A stretch of DNA of 64,000 nt from Eledone cirrhosa (GCA_964016885.1 OZ024757.1:35464001-35528000); one strand, 5' to 3'; shown: positions 1-14,224, counted from the stretch's first letter. The notes: generated from the sequence alone by a model not told the origin. A program made the numbers and translations.

Positions 1-823
1 TAGGTTATATGTGTGTGTGTTTATGTGTGTATGTGTGTGTGTAGGTTATATGTGTGTGTGTGTAGGTGTGTGTAGGTTATATGTATGTGTGTATGTGTGT
101 GTAGGTTATATGTGTGTGTGTAGGTGTGTGTAGGTTATATGTATGTGTGTGTGTGTGTGTGTAGGTTATATTGTATGTCTGTGTATGTGTGTGTAGGTTA
201 TATGTATGTGTGTATGTGTGTGTGTGTGTGTGTAGGTTATATTGTATGTCTGTGTATGTGTGTGTAGGTTATATGTATGTGTGTGTAGGTTATATGTATG
301 TGTGTGTATGTGTGTGTGTGTGTAGGTTATATGTATGTGTGTATGTGTGTGTAGGTTATATGTATGTGTGCGTATGTGTGTGTCTGTGTGTAGGTTATAT
401 GTATGTGTGTGTATATGTGTGTAGGTTATATGTATGTGTGTGTAGGTTATATATGTGTGTGTATGTGTGTGTAGGCTATATATGTGTGTATGTGTGTATG
501 TAGGTTATATATATGTGTGTCTGTGTGTGTGTATGTAGGTTATATATATATATGTGTGTGTCTGTGTATGCGTAGGTTATATATATATATGTGTCTGTGT
601 GTGTGTAGGTTATATATATATATGTGTCTGTGTGTGTGTATGTAGGTTATATATATATATATGTGTGTGTCTGTGTATGCGTAGGTTATATATATATATA
701 TGTGTGTGTGTGTGTGACTTATATTGCTCACCTCCTCTCTCTCAATACTTATATATATTCATACACATACTCAGACATACACACATACTCTCTCTTACAC
801 ACACATACAGACACACACACATA

Positions 824-857
<34 letters not shown>

Positions 858-1010
858 CTCCAACAGACACACACACACTCTCCAACACACACACGTACTC
901 ATATTCACACACACACACACATACACATACTCAGTCTCACACACACATACTCTCTCTCACACACACACACACGCTGACACTCACTCACACGTACTCACAC
1001 ATACACATTA
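1..1010. repeat. Compound (GT)/(TA)/(CA) microsatellite with recurrent gtaggttata
   Basis: Direct reading. Representative of dozens of (TA)n, (CA)n, (CATA)n, (GA)n, (CAC/CAA/CAT)n and (TAA)n tracts across the window. Confidence 0.95.
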
Positions 1011-1121
1011 TATATATATTCTGAAGAAAGCACTTTACCCACATCTTTTGAGAGCTCATTGAGTTAATGTCTGGGCGTTCTATGTACTACACCGGTGTTT
1101 ATAGCACCTACTTCAGTCTCA

Positions 1122-1192
<71 letters not shown>

Positions 1193-1240
1193 TAGATATA
1201 CGATATTAATAAATGGAAACTATATTTATAAAACCATATC

Positions 1241-1305
1241 TATTTCATTATACATATTTCAGGGATACCAAATTAAATTATGGTATGCCTTCATCAGACA
1301 AAATA
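1241..1305 (-). ncRNA. Minimal type-I hammerhead ribozyme (family A)
   Basis: TATTTTGT CTGATGA AGGCATACCA-loop-TGGTATCCCT GAAA TATGTA TA ATGAAATA. Stems I and II pair and the core is intact. Confidence 0.7.
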
Positions 1306-1894
1306 CAATATATAACAGTTCTACAAATAAGCTTTGACGTACTCTTTTAAAATGCGACCATTATGCTTCCAAAAATAATGGTCGCATTTTAAAAGGGTAC
1401 GTCAAAGCTTATTTGTAGAACTGTTATATATTGTATTTTGTCTGATTTCAGGCATACCATAATTTAATTTGGTATCCCTGAAATATGTATAATGAAATAG
1501 ATATGGTTTTATAAATATAGTTTCCATTTATTAATATCGTATATCTACTCCAAATACTTGTCGAGTGCTTTATATCAGTTATAAAAATATTTACTTGTTG
1601 TATCCCAACAATTTTAAATAGAACTTTTGCATATATATATATATATATATATATTTTAAAAAATAGAGGTGTGACACACGAGTTGTGATATATTAGTCAA
1701 AAGGAGAAGAAAATGCTGACAAATTTTTCCCAGTGAAAAATAGTTTAATTAGGAATAAGTATAAATTAGTAATCAGTATTAGTTAGTATTCAGTTTTAGT
1801 TTTAAGTTTCTACCGGTTGCGCATTTCTAATGCTTTTCAAAAATAATTTAGAGATAGAGCGCTCGTGATGTTTGCTCTAATCTGGTGCATCTTG

Positions 1895-2430
1895 TACGAC
1901 GCTCTACTAATATTGCCAATCGACCGCCCTTAATATAATAATAATAATTGTTTCTACTTTTGGCACAAGGCCAGCAATTACCCAGTGCATTACTAGTACT
2001 TTATTTTATCGACCCCGTAAGGATGAAAGGCAAAGTTAACCTCGGTGGGATTTGAACTCAGAATGGCAAGGCCCGTAACACTATGCGTCAAAGCATGGCG
2101 TTTGACCCCTCTACCGATACTGCCAATCCAATAATAATAATAATAATAATTGTTTCTACTTTTGAAATAAGGGCAGCAATTACCCAGTGTATTACTGGTA
2201 CTTTATTTTATCGACTCCGTAAGGATGAAAGGCAAAGTTAACCTCGCTGGGATTTGAACTCAGGTCGTAAATAATAATAATAATAATAATAATGGTTTGT
2301 GATTTAGACACAAGGCCAACAATTTTGGGGGATGGGAAAATCAATAAAATTACCCCAGTACATTACTGGTACTTTATTTTATCGACCCCGTAAGAAAGAA
2401 AGGCAATGCTACCGATACTGTTAATCCACT
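1895..2430 (-). mobile_element. Tandem cluster of tRNA-derived (MetaSINE-like) SINEs
   Basis: Three copies plus a head fragment, separated by (AAT)n. A-box TGGCAGTATCGG, B-box GAGTTCAAATCC and central GCCTTTCATCCT...GGTCGATAAAAT...GTACCAG on the minus strand. Confidence 0.8.
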
Positions 2431-2526
2431 GTACCAGTAAGCTAGACAATGGCGTCTAGCCTGAGGTGGCGAAACTCCAAAGTTACGACATTAAGTCAAT
2501 GTTTGGCTGTTCTATGTACTTAAATA

Positions 2527-2588
<62 letters not shown>

Positions 2589-2672
2589 TGTATATATATT
2601 TATGCCTACACACACACTTATATAAATACACATATATATATTTATATATACATATATATATATATATATGTG

Positions 2673-2714
<42 letters not shown>

Positions 2715-2746
2715 CACATATATATATATATATATGTGCATATATG

Positions 2747-2783
<37 letters not shown>

Positions 2784-2954
2784 GCATACATGTATATGTA
2801 TATATATTTGTATATTTATATATATATATATATATATATATTTGTATATATATATATATATATATTTGTACATATATATTTGTATATATATATATATTTG
2901 TATATATATATATATTTGTACATATATATATTTGTATATATATATATATTTGTG

Positions 2955-2985
<31 letters not shown>

Positions 2986-3719
2986 TTAATGAGCACCATT
3001 TATTAGCAGTGCCAATGATAGTTGCCAGCAGTGTCACCATCACACATTTTGACATCTATCAACACTTTTAGGACCAATTGGTAGTGGTGGTAGTGGTGGT
3101 AGTGGTGGTTGTTGTAGTGGTGGTAGTGGTGGTTGTTGTAGTGGTGGTAGTGGTGGTTGTTGTAGTGGTGGTAGTGGTGGTTGTTGTAGTGGTGGTAGTG
3201 GTGGTTGTTGTTTTGGTGGTAGTGGTGGTAGTGGTAGTGGTGGTTGTAGTGATGGTAGTGGTGGTTGTTGTTGTTGTGGTAGTGGTAGTGGTGGTTGTTG
3301 TTGTGGTGGTAGTGGTGGTTGTGGTGGTGGTGGTTGTAGTGGTGGTTGTAGTGGTGGTAGTAGTGGTCGTAGTTGGGGTGGTAGTTGTGGTTGTTGTGAT
3401 TGTGGTGGTGGTTGTGGTAGTGGTTGTAGTGGTGGTGGTTGTTGTGGTGGTGGTGGTGGTGTGGTGGTAGTAATGGTTGTTGTGATGGTTGTTGTGATTG
3501 TGGTGGTGGTGGTGGTGTTGGTAGAGGTGGTAGTGGTGGTGGTGGTTGTCGTGGTTGTAGTTGTAGTGGTAGTGATGGTGTTAGTGTTGATGGTGGTGTT
3601 GGTGTTGGTGGTGGTAGAGGTGGTGGTGGTTGTGGTGGTTGTGGTTGTAAAAATTTAAAACCTATGGTAGCATGCATTTTGTTCATATATTATTATTCAT
3701 ATAATATATGAACAAAATA

Positions 3720-3918
3720 AGGGCGGTGGATTGGCAGTATCGGTAGAGGGTCGGAGCCATGCTTTCTAGCATAGAGTTACGGCCCTTTATGATCTGAGTT
3801 AAAATCCCGCTGAGGTTAACTTTGCCTTTCATCCTTAGGGGGGGGTCGATAAAATAAAGTACCAGTAATGCACTGGGTAATTGCTGGCCTTGTGCCAAAA
3901 GTAGAAACAATTATTATT
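3720..3918 (+). mobile_element. tRNA-derived SINE, same family
   Basis: Full head-to-tail copy with A and B boxes and a (TTA)n tail. Confidence 0.8.
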
Positions 3919-4707
3919 CATATAATATGTGTCTACACACATGTGCTGCCTCCACCCCCGCCAGGCGTGACCTCCCTCTATCAGTATATATATATATACT
4001 TGTGTATAATGGTAGCTATGGTGCTTCCATGGGCGGTATGCCAAAATTAGCACTCAATATTCATACAGAGTAGAGTGTGGATAGTATAAAAAAAACGAAA
4101 AATCAGTGATGCATCTGGACTCAGTTTTTTGCGTGTTACAATTGTTTCGCCGGCAGGTAGCTTGAGTGAGAAAATTTGCTCCGAACGAACTACCCGTGTC
4201 CGAAGGAACCTGCAGCCGTAGAATCAGCCAGATCCATACAGTGATCATGTCTCGAGCTACCTGCCGGCGAAACAATTGTAACAGGCAATAAACTGAGTCC
4301 AGATGCATCACGGATTTTTCGTTTTTTTATACTATATATATATATGTATATATTCCTTTTAACTTCCTTCCCTAACCTTCTGACACGACTCTTACGTGTA
4401 TCTGTTCTCTCCTTATCCTAACTTTCCCGAAGAAGAACTTCTGTCCGAAACTTCCACCAAGCGTGAGCCTAATATAACTGTATATAATTGCCTCCTGTGT
4501 TTTGCTTCTTTCATTTATTAACTATATATACACACACATATGTCTTGGTACCCTTGAAATATATATAATAAAATAAATATGGTTTTATAAATATAGTTTC
4601 CATTTATTTAATATCATTGAATATTTACTCCAGTAACTTGTTGAGTGCTCTAAATCAGTTATAAACATTTATATTTGTTGGACTTCCAACAAATTAAATA
4701 CCCCTTC

Positions 4708-4774
<67 letters not shown>

Positions 4775-5299
4775 GGCTTCTACAGTTCTAGTCCTGTAGA
4801 AGCCATTTTTATATTAAATATTTATACTTTGCTACGTATTGAGTACCTTACTTACTGTGGTTACCTCCGATTGAATCGTGGGGACACACACACATATATA
4901 TATATGCGTAAATACATACATACATATATATATGGCCTCAGCCGGATGGCTGAAACAGGTAAAAGAGTATATATGATGGACATCTTCTGTTTCCGTCTAC
5001 CAAATGTCACTCACATCTTGTTAAGCTCTGACTATATTGAAAGACACTGACCCACAATGTGCCGAGCAGCTGGACTGATCCCCAAACCACATGGATGCAG
5101 AGTGAAGGGCTTTGTTAGATTGTTTGATTTTTACCTCATATCAATAATGTTCGTATGGTCCAACGATCCGATACCCCTCACGGATGGAACTAATGAAGGG
5201 GGGCTAATGAAGGGGGGCTAATGACGAGGGAGCTAATGAAGGAGGAGCTAACGAAGCACAAACCGTAGTAGTGTTAAACCGAGTCATTACCCCATCTCT

Positions 5300-5350
<51 letters not shown>

Positions 5351-5351
5351 T

Positions 5352-5431
<80 letters not shown>

Positions 5432-5521
5432 CATTGAGCCACACCGCGAAAGGTTGCCAAATTAATATATGTATTTGTGACTATGTCTAATTATATACAT
5501 ATATACCTTTGAATTTATATA

Positions 5522-5552
<31 letters not shown>

Positions 5553-5648
5553 CATAAACACAGATATATATGAACATATAGATATAAGCACATACCTATA
5601 CATAAACATATACACATATATGTATATAAATACGCACATATACATATA

Positions 5649-5718
<70 letters not shown>

Positions 5719-5882
5719 AACACACATATATATGCATATAAATACACACGCATACATATAAACATACATTCATATATGCATATAAATACACACATATACA
5801 TATCAACATAAACACATACGTATGCACGTAGCAACGTTGCACAAGTCTTCATTTCCATACACGCACATACAGAGATACACAT

Positions 5883-5920
<38 letters not shown>

Positions 5921-6049
5921 ACACGTACACTCACCCACTCACACACACACATACCCACATACACACATACATGCACACATAGCAACGTTGCACAGAGTCA
6001 CTCCCCACTTCCACACACGCAAACACATACACATACATGCACACATACA

Positions 6050-6093
<44 letters not shown>

Positions 6094-6279
6094 AATACAC
6101 ATACAAATAAGAAACAATAGAAATATATACTGTATTCTTTACCAGCTTGAAATTGAACGAGGAATTTGATTGATTTATAAAACGTCAGAAAGAATGGAGC
6201 GTGAAAACCTCGATACTGCTCGAAGCAAATGCGGTAGTACCGGTGGAAAATGATGGTCGCTTAAATAAATGTCCGGTTT

Positions 6280-6629
6280 TTATTTCTTACTTAGAAACCT
6301 CTGCATCTTGTTGGTGGGTTCGTTGACGGACTTCTTTGTTGGGGATGAAGTCTTCCCACCTGGTGCCAAGGATATGGCGTAGGTATTCGGTGTTAAAGCA
6401 TCTAATTGGTTCTCTTGGCTGGTTTTTACACTCCACATTTCACACCCATGTAGGCAAAAATCTATATTTGTAAGAAAACTAAACACACTTAGACAGGAGG
6501 TCCCGCATTTTGAGACGCATGAAGCAGCCAAAGTGCTCCAATGACCCCATGGTCAGTTGCATCTATCAATACATCATTCCAACTTTTGTTGACGGGTTTC
6601 AGGTCTCTGTGTGTGCGTGTATATATGTA

Positions 6630-6668
<39 letters not shown>

Positions 6669-6696
6669 ATATATATATATATGTGTATATATATAT

Positions 6697-6789
<93 letters not shown>

Positions 6790-6799
6790 TACTAATAAC

Positions 6800-6857
<58 letters not shown>

Positions 6858-6864
6858 TAATAAC

Positions 6865-6899
<35 letters not shown>

Positions 6900-6977
6900 C
6901 TAATAACATATGTGTATATATATATATATGTATATATATACTAATAACAAATGTATATATATATACAATATATATAT

Positions 6978-7048
<71 letters not shown>

Positions 7049-7510
7049 ATACTAATAATAAATGTATATATATATATGTGTGTGTGATGTAGATTTTGAT
7101 GCTTCCATGTCTTGCAACGCGTGAGGCAGCGAGAGTACTCCAATGACCACGGTTAGTTGCATCTATCAATACATCGTTCAAACTTTTCTTGATGGGTTTC
7201 AGGTCTCTGTCTATTGTCTGCCGCCAGTTCATCTTGGGACATGCTCTTCGCCTCTTTCCATGGGGTACCAATACAGGATGTGATTACTATGTTTCTCACT
7301 TGAGTGTCGTTTGACGTGTCCCAACCAACCAAATCGACACATGTACATGATGTTAGACATATGTCGCTGATGGTTTTCGTTGACAGACTTCTTTGTTTGT
7401 GATGAAGTCATATCACCTGATGCCAAGGATTTTCCGTAGGCATTTGGTGTGAAAAGGATCTAATTGGTTCTTTTGCTGGTCTTCATACTTCACGTTTCGC
7501 ACCCATACAA
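6280..7510 (-). mobile_element. Two RTE-clade LINE 3' fragments separated by an AT microsatellite
   Basis: YGCETWS...LRKILGI and RFGWLGHVKR...GKRRRACPKMNW motifs. 6500-6610 duplicates 7115-7210. Confidence 0.7.
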
Positions 7511-8004
7511 TTAAAAAAGAAAACAAACGTATCTTCATGATTGTTGAGTGAATTATGAACTTTGAATGTATATTAGCTTAAAGTTAACTGCGTCAACGCA
7601 GGTTTTTAACTATGAAAAATAGTCGAACATGTTGGGCATATAAACCCCTAGGGACGGAAAAAGTGTAGATAGAATCACCTGTGGGATATAAATTCATATC
7701 TGCCATATGCCAGACGGCTGCTCTACCGATTACACTACTTTTCTCCGTCTCTAGGGGCTAATATACCCAACTTGTTCGACTATTTTTCATAGTCAAAAAT
7801 CTACTTTGCAACAGTTTATTTTAAGCTAAAGTTAGAAACATAAAAGTTATAAATAGGTACGGGAGGAATACGTTTTATCTTCTACACCAAAAGAAAAGCC
7901 AAAAGCTCACGAAACTACAAAAATATCCTTGTATGACATTTGGAGAGACAAAAAACGTTTATTTAAACAGAAATCTCAACGGTATCTTACTGATAAAAAA
8001 GGAG

Positions 8005-8325
8005 ATGGTTAATTAATGCCTGCAATTTAGTCTTCTGCTCCTCTGTAACTGTCCAACAACCACGGACATGGTCATTTAATCTCCTAGTATTTGATCAACT
8101 TTTGTTCCTCAGTGACAGTCCGGAGACCGAGGAAACGGTCAGTTAATGTCTAGTATTTGTCATTTTTGCAACTCTGTGGCTGACCAGCAACCACGGACAT
8201 GGTCGGTTAATATCTAGTATTTGGTCATCTTTCGTTGCTCTGTGGCTGTCCGGTGACCGAAGAAATGACCAGTTAATGTCTAGTATTTAGTCATTTTTGC
8301 TACTCTGTGACTTCCCGGGGACCAA
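8005..8325. repeat. Degenerate ~65-bp tandem repeat with dimeric (~130-bp) period
   Basis: ggtca.ttaat..ctagtattt recurs every ~65 nt. caaccacggacatggtc and gaccga.gaaa..cagttaatgtctag alternate. Confidence 0.75.
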
Positions 8326-8777
8326 TGTCACAAAAGGTTTCGATAGTAAACGATACGAGAAAGAAACATCAGTGAATGCCTGCGTATTTCGCCATCTTCC
8401 GCTCCTCAGCGTTGCGGACGGCAGTTTTATGCGCTAGTGTTTATGGCCGAAGTGACGTGGTTGGCATCTGAAAATGTGTCACCACATATGGCGGCCGCTT
8501 GAAAGTTAAAGAATAGTGAAGAAAAACAAACAAACAAACAACAACAAACAAAAAACGAAAAAAAAACCTATCTACCGGAAGTGAAGCCCAGTTTCCTCTC
8601 CTTACAATCTCACGTCACGTGGTATTAGACCATCTGGTCTCTTCTGTCGTCTGTTAACACAGTAGAGTTAACAGACACTTTATTCTTATAGGATCCATGT
8701 TTCATTATACACCCCCCCCCCCACTAAATTTCCATTTTATTGTTTATGTCTCTTTATATCTCTTTTTTCCCTTTTTC

Positions 8778-9190
8778 ATACATCTATCAGTATATCTCTC
8801 TACACACATCTATCAGTATATCTCTCTCTACATACATCTATCAGTATATCTACCTCTACACACATCTATCAGTATATCTCTCTCTACGATACATCTATCA
8901 GTATATCTACCTCTACACACATCTATCAGTATATCTACCTCTACATACATCTATCAGTATATCTACCTCTACACACATCTATCAGTATATCTCTCTCTAC
9001 ACACATCTATCAGTATATCTCTCTCTACATACATCTATCAGTATATCTCTCTCTACATACATCTATCAGTATATCTACCTCTACATACATCTATCAGTAT
9101 ATCTCTCTCTACACACATCTATCAGTATATCTACCTCTACACACATCTATCAGTATATCTCTCTCTACATACATCTGTCTATCTATCAGT
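8778..9190. repeat. 28-bp minisatellite
   Basis: Unit acatctatcagtatatct(ct/ac)ctctaca(c/t), about 14 copies. Confidence 0.92.
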
Positions 9191-9790
9191 CTAGCCATAT
9201 CCACCTCTATCCCTACACCTCTCACCATTCCTCATTAACTGCTACCCGTCCTATTAACAGCTCTATCCTAGCTAAACACCCGTTCTTAGAATCGACAGTA
9301 GAAGAGATAGAGTGCACCACCACTGCGTGCATACATACACGGACACACACACATAAACATACATACACGGACACACACACATAAACATGCAGTCGCACAC
9401 ACATAAACATACATACACACACACATAAACATACATACACAGACACACACATATAAAAATACATACACGGACACACACATAAACATACATACACACAGAC
9501 ACACACACATAAACATACATACACGGACACACACACATAAACATACATACACAGACACACACACACACATAAATATACATACACAGTCACACACATATAA
9601 ACACACATACACACACACATAAACATACATACACATACTCACACACATAAACATACATATACAGACACACACATAAACATACATACACACACACCTCTAT
9701 GTGTATAGGAATAAATGTATGTGTGTGGGAAAGGGGAGTGGTACAAGGTGGGGTATGGGATGGGAGAAGTGGGTCATGGTGTATATATGC

Positions 9791-9821
<31 letters not shown>

Positions 9822-9867
9822 CACATACACATATATATATACACACACAAATATATATATAAATATC

Positions 9868-9924
<57 letters not shown>

Positions 9925-10069
9925 ATATATATGTATATGTATACTGTAAAACATTGATGTAATTCAATTCGAGAATATATAAATATATACACACACACAT
10001 ATATATATATACACATACATATATATATATATATACACATACATTATATATATATATATATATATATAT

Positions 10070-10114
<45 letters not shown>

Positions 10115-10359
10115 CATATATATATATATATACACATACATATATATATATATACACAAACTTATATATATATATATTCACATACATACATATATATATG
10201 TATGTGGGTGATCAGAGAAGGGAGCGGGAGAAGTGGGTCACTTAGTGCACATGATGTGGAATGAAATACGTCTCCAAGACTTTGGCAACGGTACACCAAT
10301 GATGCTATAGAGTGCATCACATAAAGACAGAGTGCTGGTGCCATATATATATATATATT

Positions 10360-10394
<35 letters not shown>

Positions 10395-10603
10395 ATATCT
10401 ATATATATATGAGTGTATATATATTTATATGTATATATGTATATATATATATATATATAAATATATATATACATGTACACATGTATATATATATATAGCT
10501 TTATGTATGTATATATAAGTATATATAACACACACACATGTGTATGCACATAAACACACATACATACACTTACATATATATGTGTGTATATATATTTTTA
10601 CAT

Positions 10604-10710
<107 letters not shown>

Positions 10711-10969
10711 TAAAAAACAAAAACAATAAAAAAGAGTGCAGTACGAACAGTGTTGGTATTAGGTTCACGCTTGAGATTGGAGGATTTATATATATATATA
10801 CATTGGTATACTTGGGGAGGGTCATATTGTTGTAATAATATTGCCAGAAATAATAACAGAACACACGCAGTGTTTGGTTGGTTTTCACTTCTGTATCTTT
10901 TATATCTCCATAGTTAATTTATTTGACAATCAATGTTTATAATTGATTGACCAGCGGTTAAAAATACAG

Positions 10970-11020
<51 letters not shown>

Positions 11021-11024
<4 letters not shown>

Positions 11025-12540
11025 GTCAAAGTTCTTTCGTTGCCCATCTGCAACATCATCAGTGGTACTATTATCTTTCCTCCTATTGTATTGTAATATC
11101 TACGCCATTTTTATTTATTTATTCATTTATTTATTTATATTTCCCTTAAGTCAGTATTGTTTGTTTGGGTATGGTTGTTGTTGTTATTCCATTCATTTTA
11201 TCTGTTTAACTTTGGTCTTCTTAATTCTATCTGAGTTGCTTCTCTGATTTGCCTACCTGTTGAGTCATTTCTATGTTTAGATATTATTTTAATTTCTATG
11301 TTGTCTATATTACCGTCATGTTTTTGTCTGGCGTGTTCATATAGTACTGAATCGTTTGTTTTTTTTTTGTCCTTTTAGTTTCCCCCAGTGTTGGTCTATC
11401 CTTTCTCCTATGCTTCGAGCTGTTTCGCCTATGTATGTCGTTGTCATCTGGGGGTTCATTTTACATATAACACATTTCTTATTTGTACAGTGGATTTTCT
11501 TAAAGTGGTATGTTTTGTTGATCAGGGATTTTATGGTAGTTCTAGGCTTTTCTACCACTTTAATCTTTAGATGGGTCTTTCTTAGGGCCTTTCTACATTG
11601 CTTAGCTAATTTACCTCCAGGGGTAGCATCCACGAACATGACACTCTGGTATCTCTGGTTGTCGTACAATGAAGTGGCTTTCCCTATCTTATGTTTAGTC
11701 CTATCTAAGCTATTCCATGATTTTCTCCTGTATAATGGGCAGATTCCTTTCATGTCCAGTTCTATGAGGGTCTTATACTTCTCCGTGGCTCCTTTGTATA
11801 CTCTGATTCTGTCTCTTTGGTTGTAGCCAGAGAACTGCATGCGATTGATGAAGTGTTGGATGTGTCTTTCAGTTGGGTCGCACATGCGGGACACATTCTT
11901 CATCACTCGTACCAAGTCTGCGATCAGAATATTAAACTTAGCATTATTGGACATTGCTGAGTTTTTGAGTATCAGGTATTTGGAGGCCATGGTTTTGGCA
12001 TAGTGTGAGTGGAGAATTTGGGCCTTCTCGTCTATAGTGTTAACCCAGAGTTCGGTGTCTAATACTGGTAGTCTATTGTTAGGGTGTTTGGAAAGGTAGT
12101 CAACAGTTATAGTTATACTCCGGTGTATGGAGTTAGCTATCTGCTGGATGCTCCCCATTGTGCTATTTTCTAATTCATGTTTATTAGTACTCTCTTGTGG
12201 GGGTGTTCTTATTACTATATTAATATCGTATACGTAACGAGAGTACATGACGAGGTCTATGGAGTTCTCTACGAGGAGTTCTCTGAGTCTCCTCTCCCAT
12301 CATACCATAAATAGGTTGGCAACATCGCCAGCTATGCTGACGCCAATGGCTGCTCCCTCATTCTGGGTGTAGATATTTTCATTAAATTTAAACATATGGC
12401 CCTTTAGGGTAGTTTTAATAGAAGCCCCTATTGCATGTGCGACCATGTTTCTCACCTGATCATTGTTTTTGGGTGTCCGTAAGGCTTTGGTCCATCCATT
12501 CCATCTTCCCATGGGAGTCTTTTTAGCCATTGAGGTCATA
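11021..12540 (-). mobile_element. Decayed Penelope-like element (RT + C-terminal GIY-YIG endonuclease + 3' pLTR)
   Basis: RT motifs YTQNEGAAIGVSIAGDVANLFMV, YSRYVYDI (YVDD mutated) and LPVLDTELW. Cys motif CTNKKCVIC. GIY-YIG YIGETARSIGERIDQH, then after a poly-A frameshift RQIREATQIELRRPKLNR*NEW. Premature stop at 12300-12302. Adjoins (TA)n. Confidence 0.9.
11024..11066 (-). ncRNA. Degenerate hammerhead in the 3' pLTR of the Penelope-like element
   Basis: acca CTGATGA t GTTGC agatgg GCAAC GAAA gaactt tga. Stem I is weak. Confidence 0.5.
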
Positions 12541-12884
12541 TATATATGACAAAAGCATTTAAGTGAAAGGACAACAGTGAAGGCTAGGAACAAACCCTCA
12601 GCAAGGAGCAAACACTTAATTTCTGAATGATTGCCGTAGTTACAACAGCATCAATGCTGCTTGGCATCGGTGGTGGGATCGACCGTATCGGAAGTAGCCG
12701 AAATTATTGAAATCTCCAGTGAATAGCTGATGAAGGAAATGACCAGCGGTGCAAGCTGCATGTAGAATATATTGGAGGGAGAATATGCTAAGGAAGAGTA
12801 GATTAAATTGATTCACTACCTCCCTGGTACTTCATTTTATAGACTCAGTAGGGATAAAAAAGTGGGAATCGATAATATGGTGGA

Positions 12885-13100
12885 ATTCGACAATATGGGC
12901 ATGTAGTTCGAATGTCTCAGGAAAGTATCGCTGAACAGATTTTACGGACAAAACCAGTCGGTAGGAGACCCAGGGTTAAACCCGAGCAAAATGGTTGGAT
13001 AGCATCCATGAGCTTGGATGGTCTCGCTTGGGGATCCAACCGTATGAGTTGGAGACGACTGCTTCTGACAGGACCTGCTGGAGGGGAGTGTTTGAGGACT
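12885..13100 (+). mobile_element. RTE-clade LINE 3' fragment (related pieces at 19000-19530 and 34580-34680)
   Basis: GHVVRMSQE...KPVGRRPR...LGI C-terminal RTE motifs. Confidence 0.65.
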
Positions 13101-13465
13101 CTGCCCCCCCCCCCCCCCCGCCAATACCCTCTCAGGAATAAGTGGGAGAAGAAGAAGAAGGAAGTGAAGTTGTGGGTCCAACGCCCCAATCCTACCCCCC
13201 CCCCCTTTTCAACGCAGGCATCTCGGGTAAAACGAGAAATTTAAAAGGGATATCAGAAAGGGTCTGACAGGGACCACTAGAAGGTGTGTTTGAGGACGAT
13301 GCCCCCACTACCCTCTCATGAATAAATGGCGGAAGAAGAAGAAGAAGAAGAAGAAGAAGAAGAAGAAGGGATTCGAACACAGAATTTAAAAAAAAACCCA
13401 AATGCTGAGGAAATAAGGCCAATATGACGCTCAAACGATTTTTCCGATTCTTCTATAATTATAAT

Positions 13466-13640
13466 TGATTTTACTTTTGGCACAAGGCCAGCAATTATTT
13501 CAGTGCATTACTGGTACTTTATTTTATCGACCCCGTAAGGATGAAAGGCAAAGTTAACCTCGGCGGGATTTGAACTCAGAATGGCAAGGGCCGTAACTCA
13601 ATGCGTCCAAGCATGGCGCCCGACCCTCTACCAATACTAT
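13466..13640 (-). mobile_element. tRNA-derived SINE, same family
   Basis: Same core sequence, reverse orientation. Confidence 0.8.
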
Positions 13641-14224
13641 AACAATAATATTCTTCGACAAAAGATTTTAATTTACCTTGTTTTCAAAAGAAAATCTGAG
13701 ATTACTGTTGGTGTAGACAGCAAAAGAAATCTCCACCGACCTCCGAACCCCCCAGTGATTCAACTATCTCAGGGTGGACTGGGAAGATGATCGAGGTGAC
13801 AAGGGGTAAAGAGCGAGAGAGAAAGGGCATGGGGCAGGAGGTAAAAAGGGGACTAGGAGGTGGGGGTGGAGAGGTGGAGGGTTGTAGGAGAAGTATTAAT
13901 ACAGTAATGTTGGCTGTGTTGTTTTCAAACAGAAGAGAAACCCAGTTTGACTAACAGACGCAGTAAGCTTGTCGGAATGGATTAGACGTGCTTATATGGA
14001 CACGGTCGTGTAGTAGTAGTAGTAGTAGTAGTGTAGTGGTGGTGGTGGTGGTGGTAATAGTAGTAGTAGTAGTGGTGGTGATGATGGTAGTGGTAGTAGT
14101 AATGGTAATAGTAGTGGTAGTGGTGATGGTGGTGATAGTAGTAGTAGTAGCAGCAGCAGAAGTAGTAATAGTAGTAGTAGTTGTGGTGGTGGTAGTAGTA
14201 GTAGTTGTAGTGGTGGTAGTAGTA

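Noticed and set aside
12300-12302. In-frame TGA in the Penelope RT as selenocysteine
   Set aside because: It aligns to Trp (TGG) in the second copy (MVWW), so it is a nonsense mutation. The TGA at 11337 results from a poly-A frameshift.
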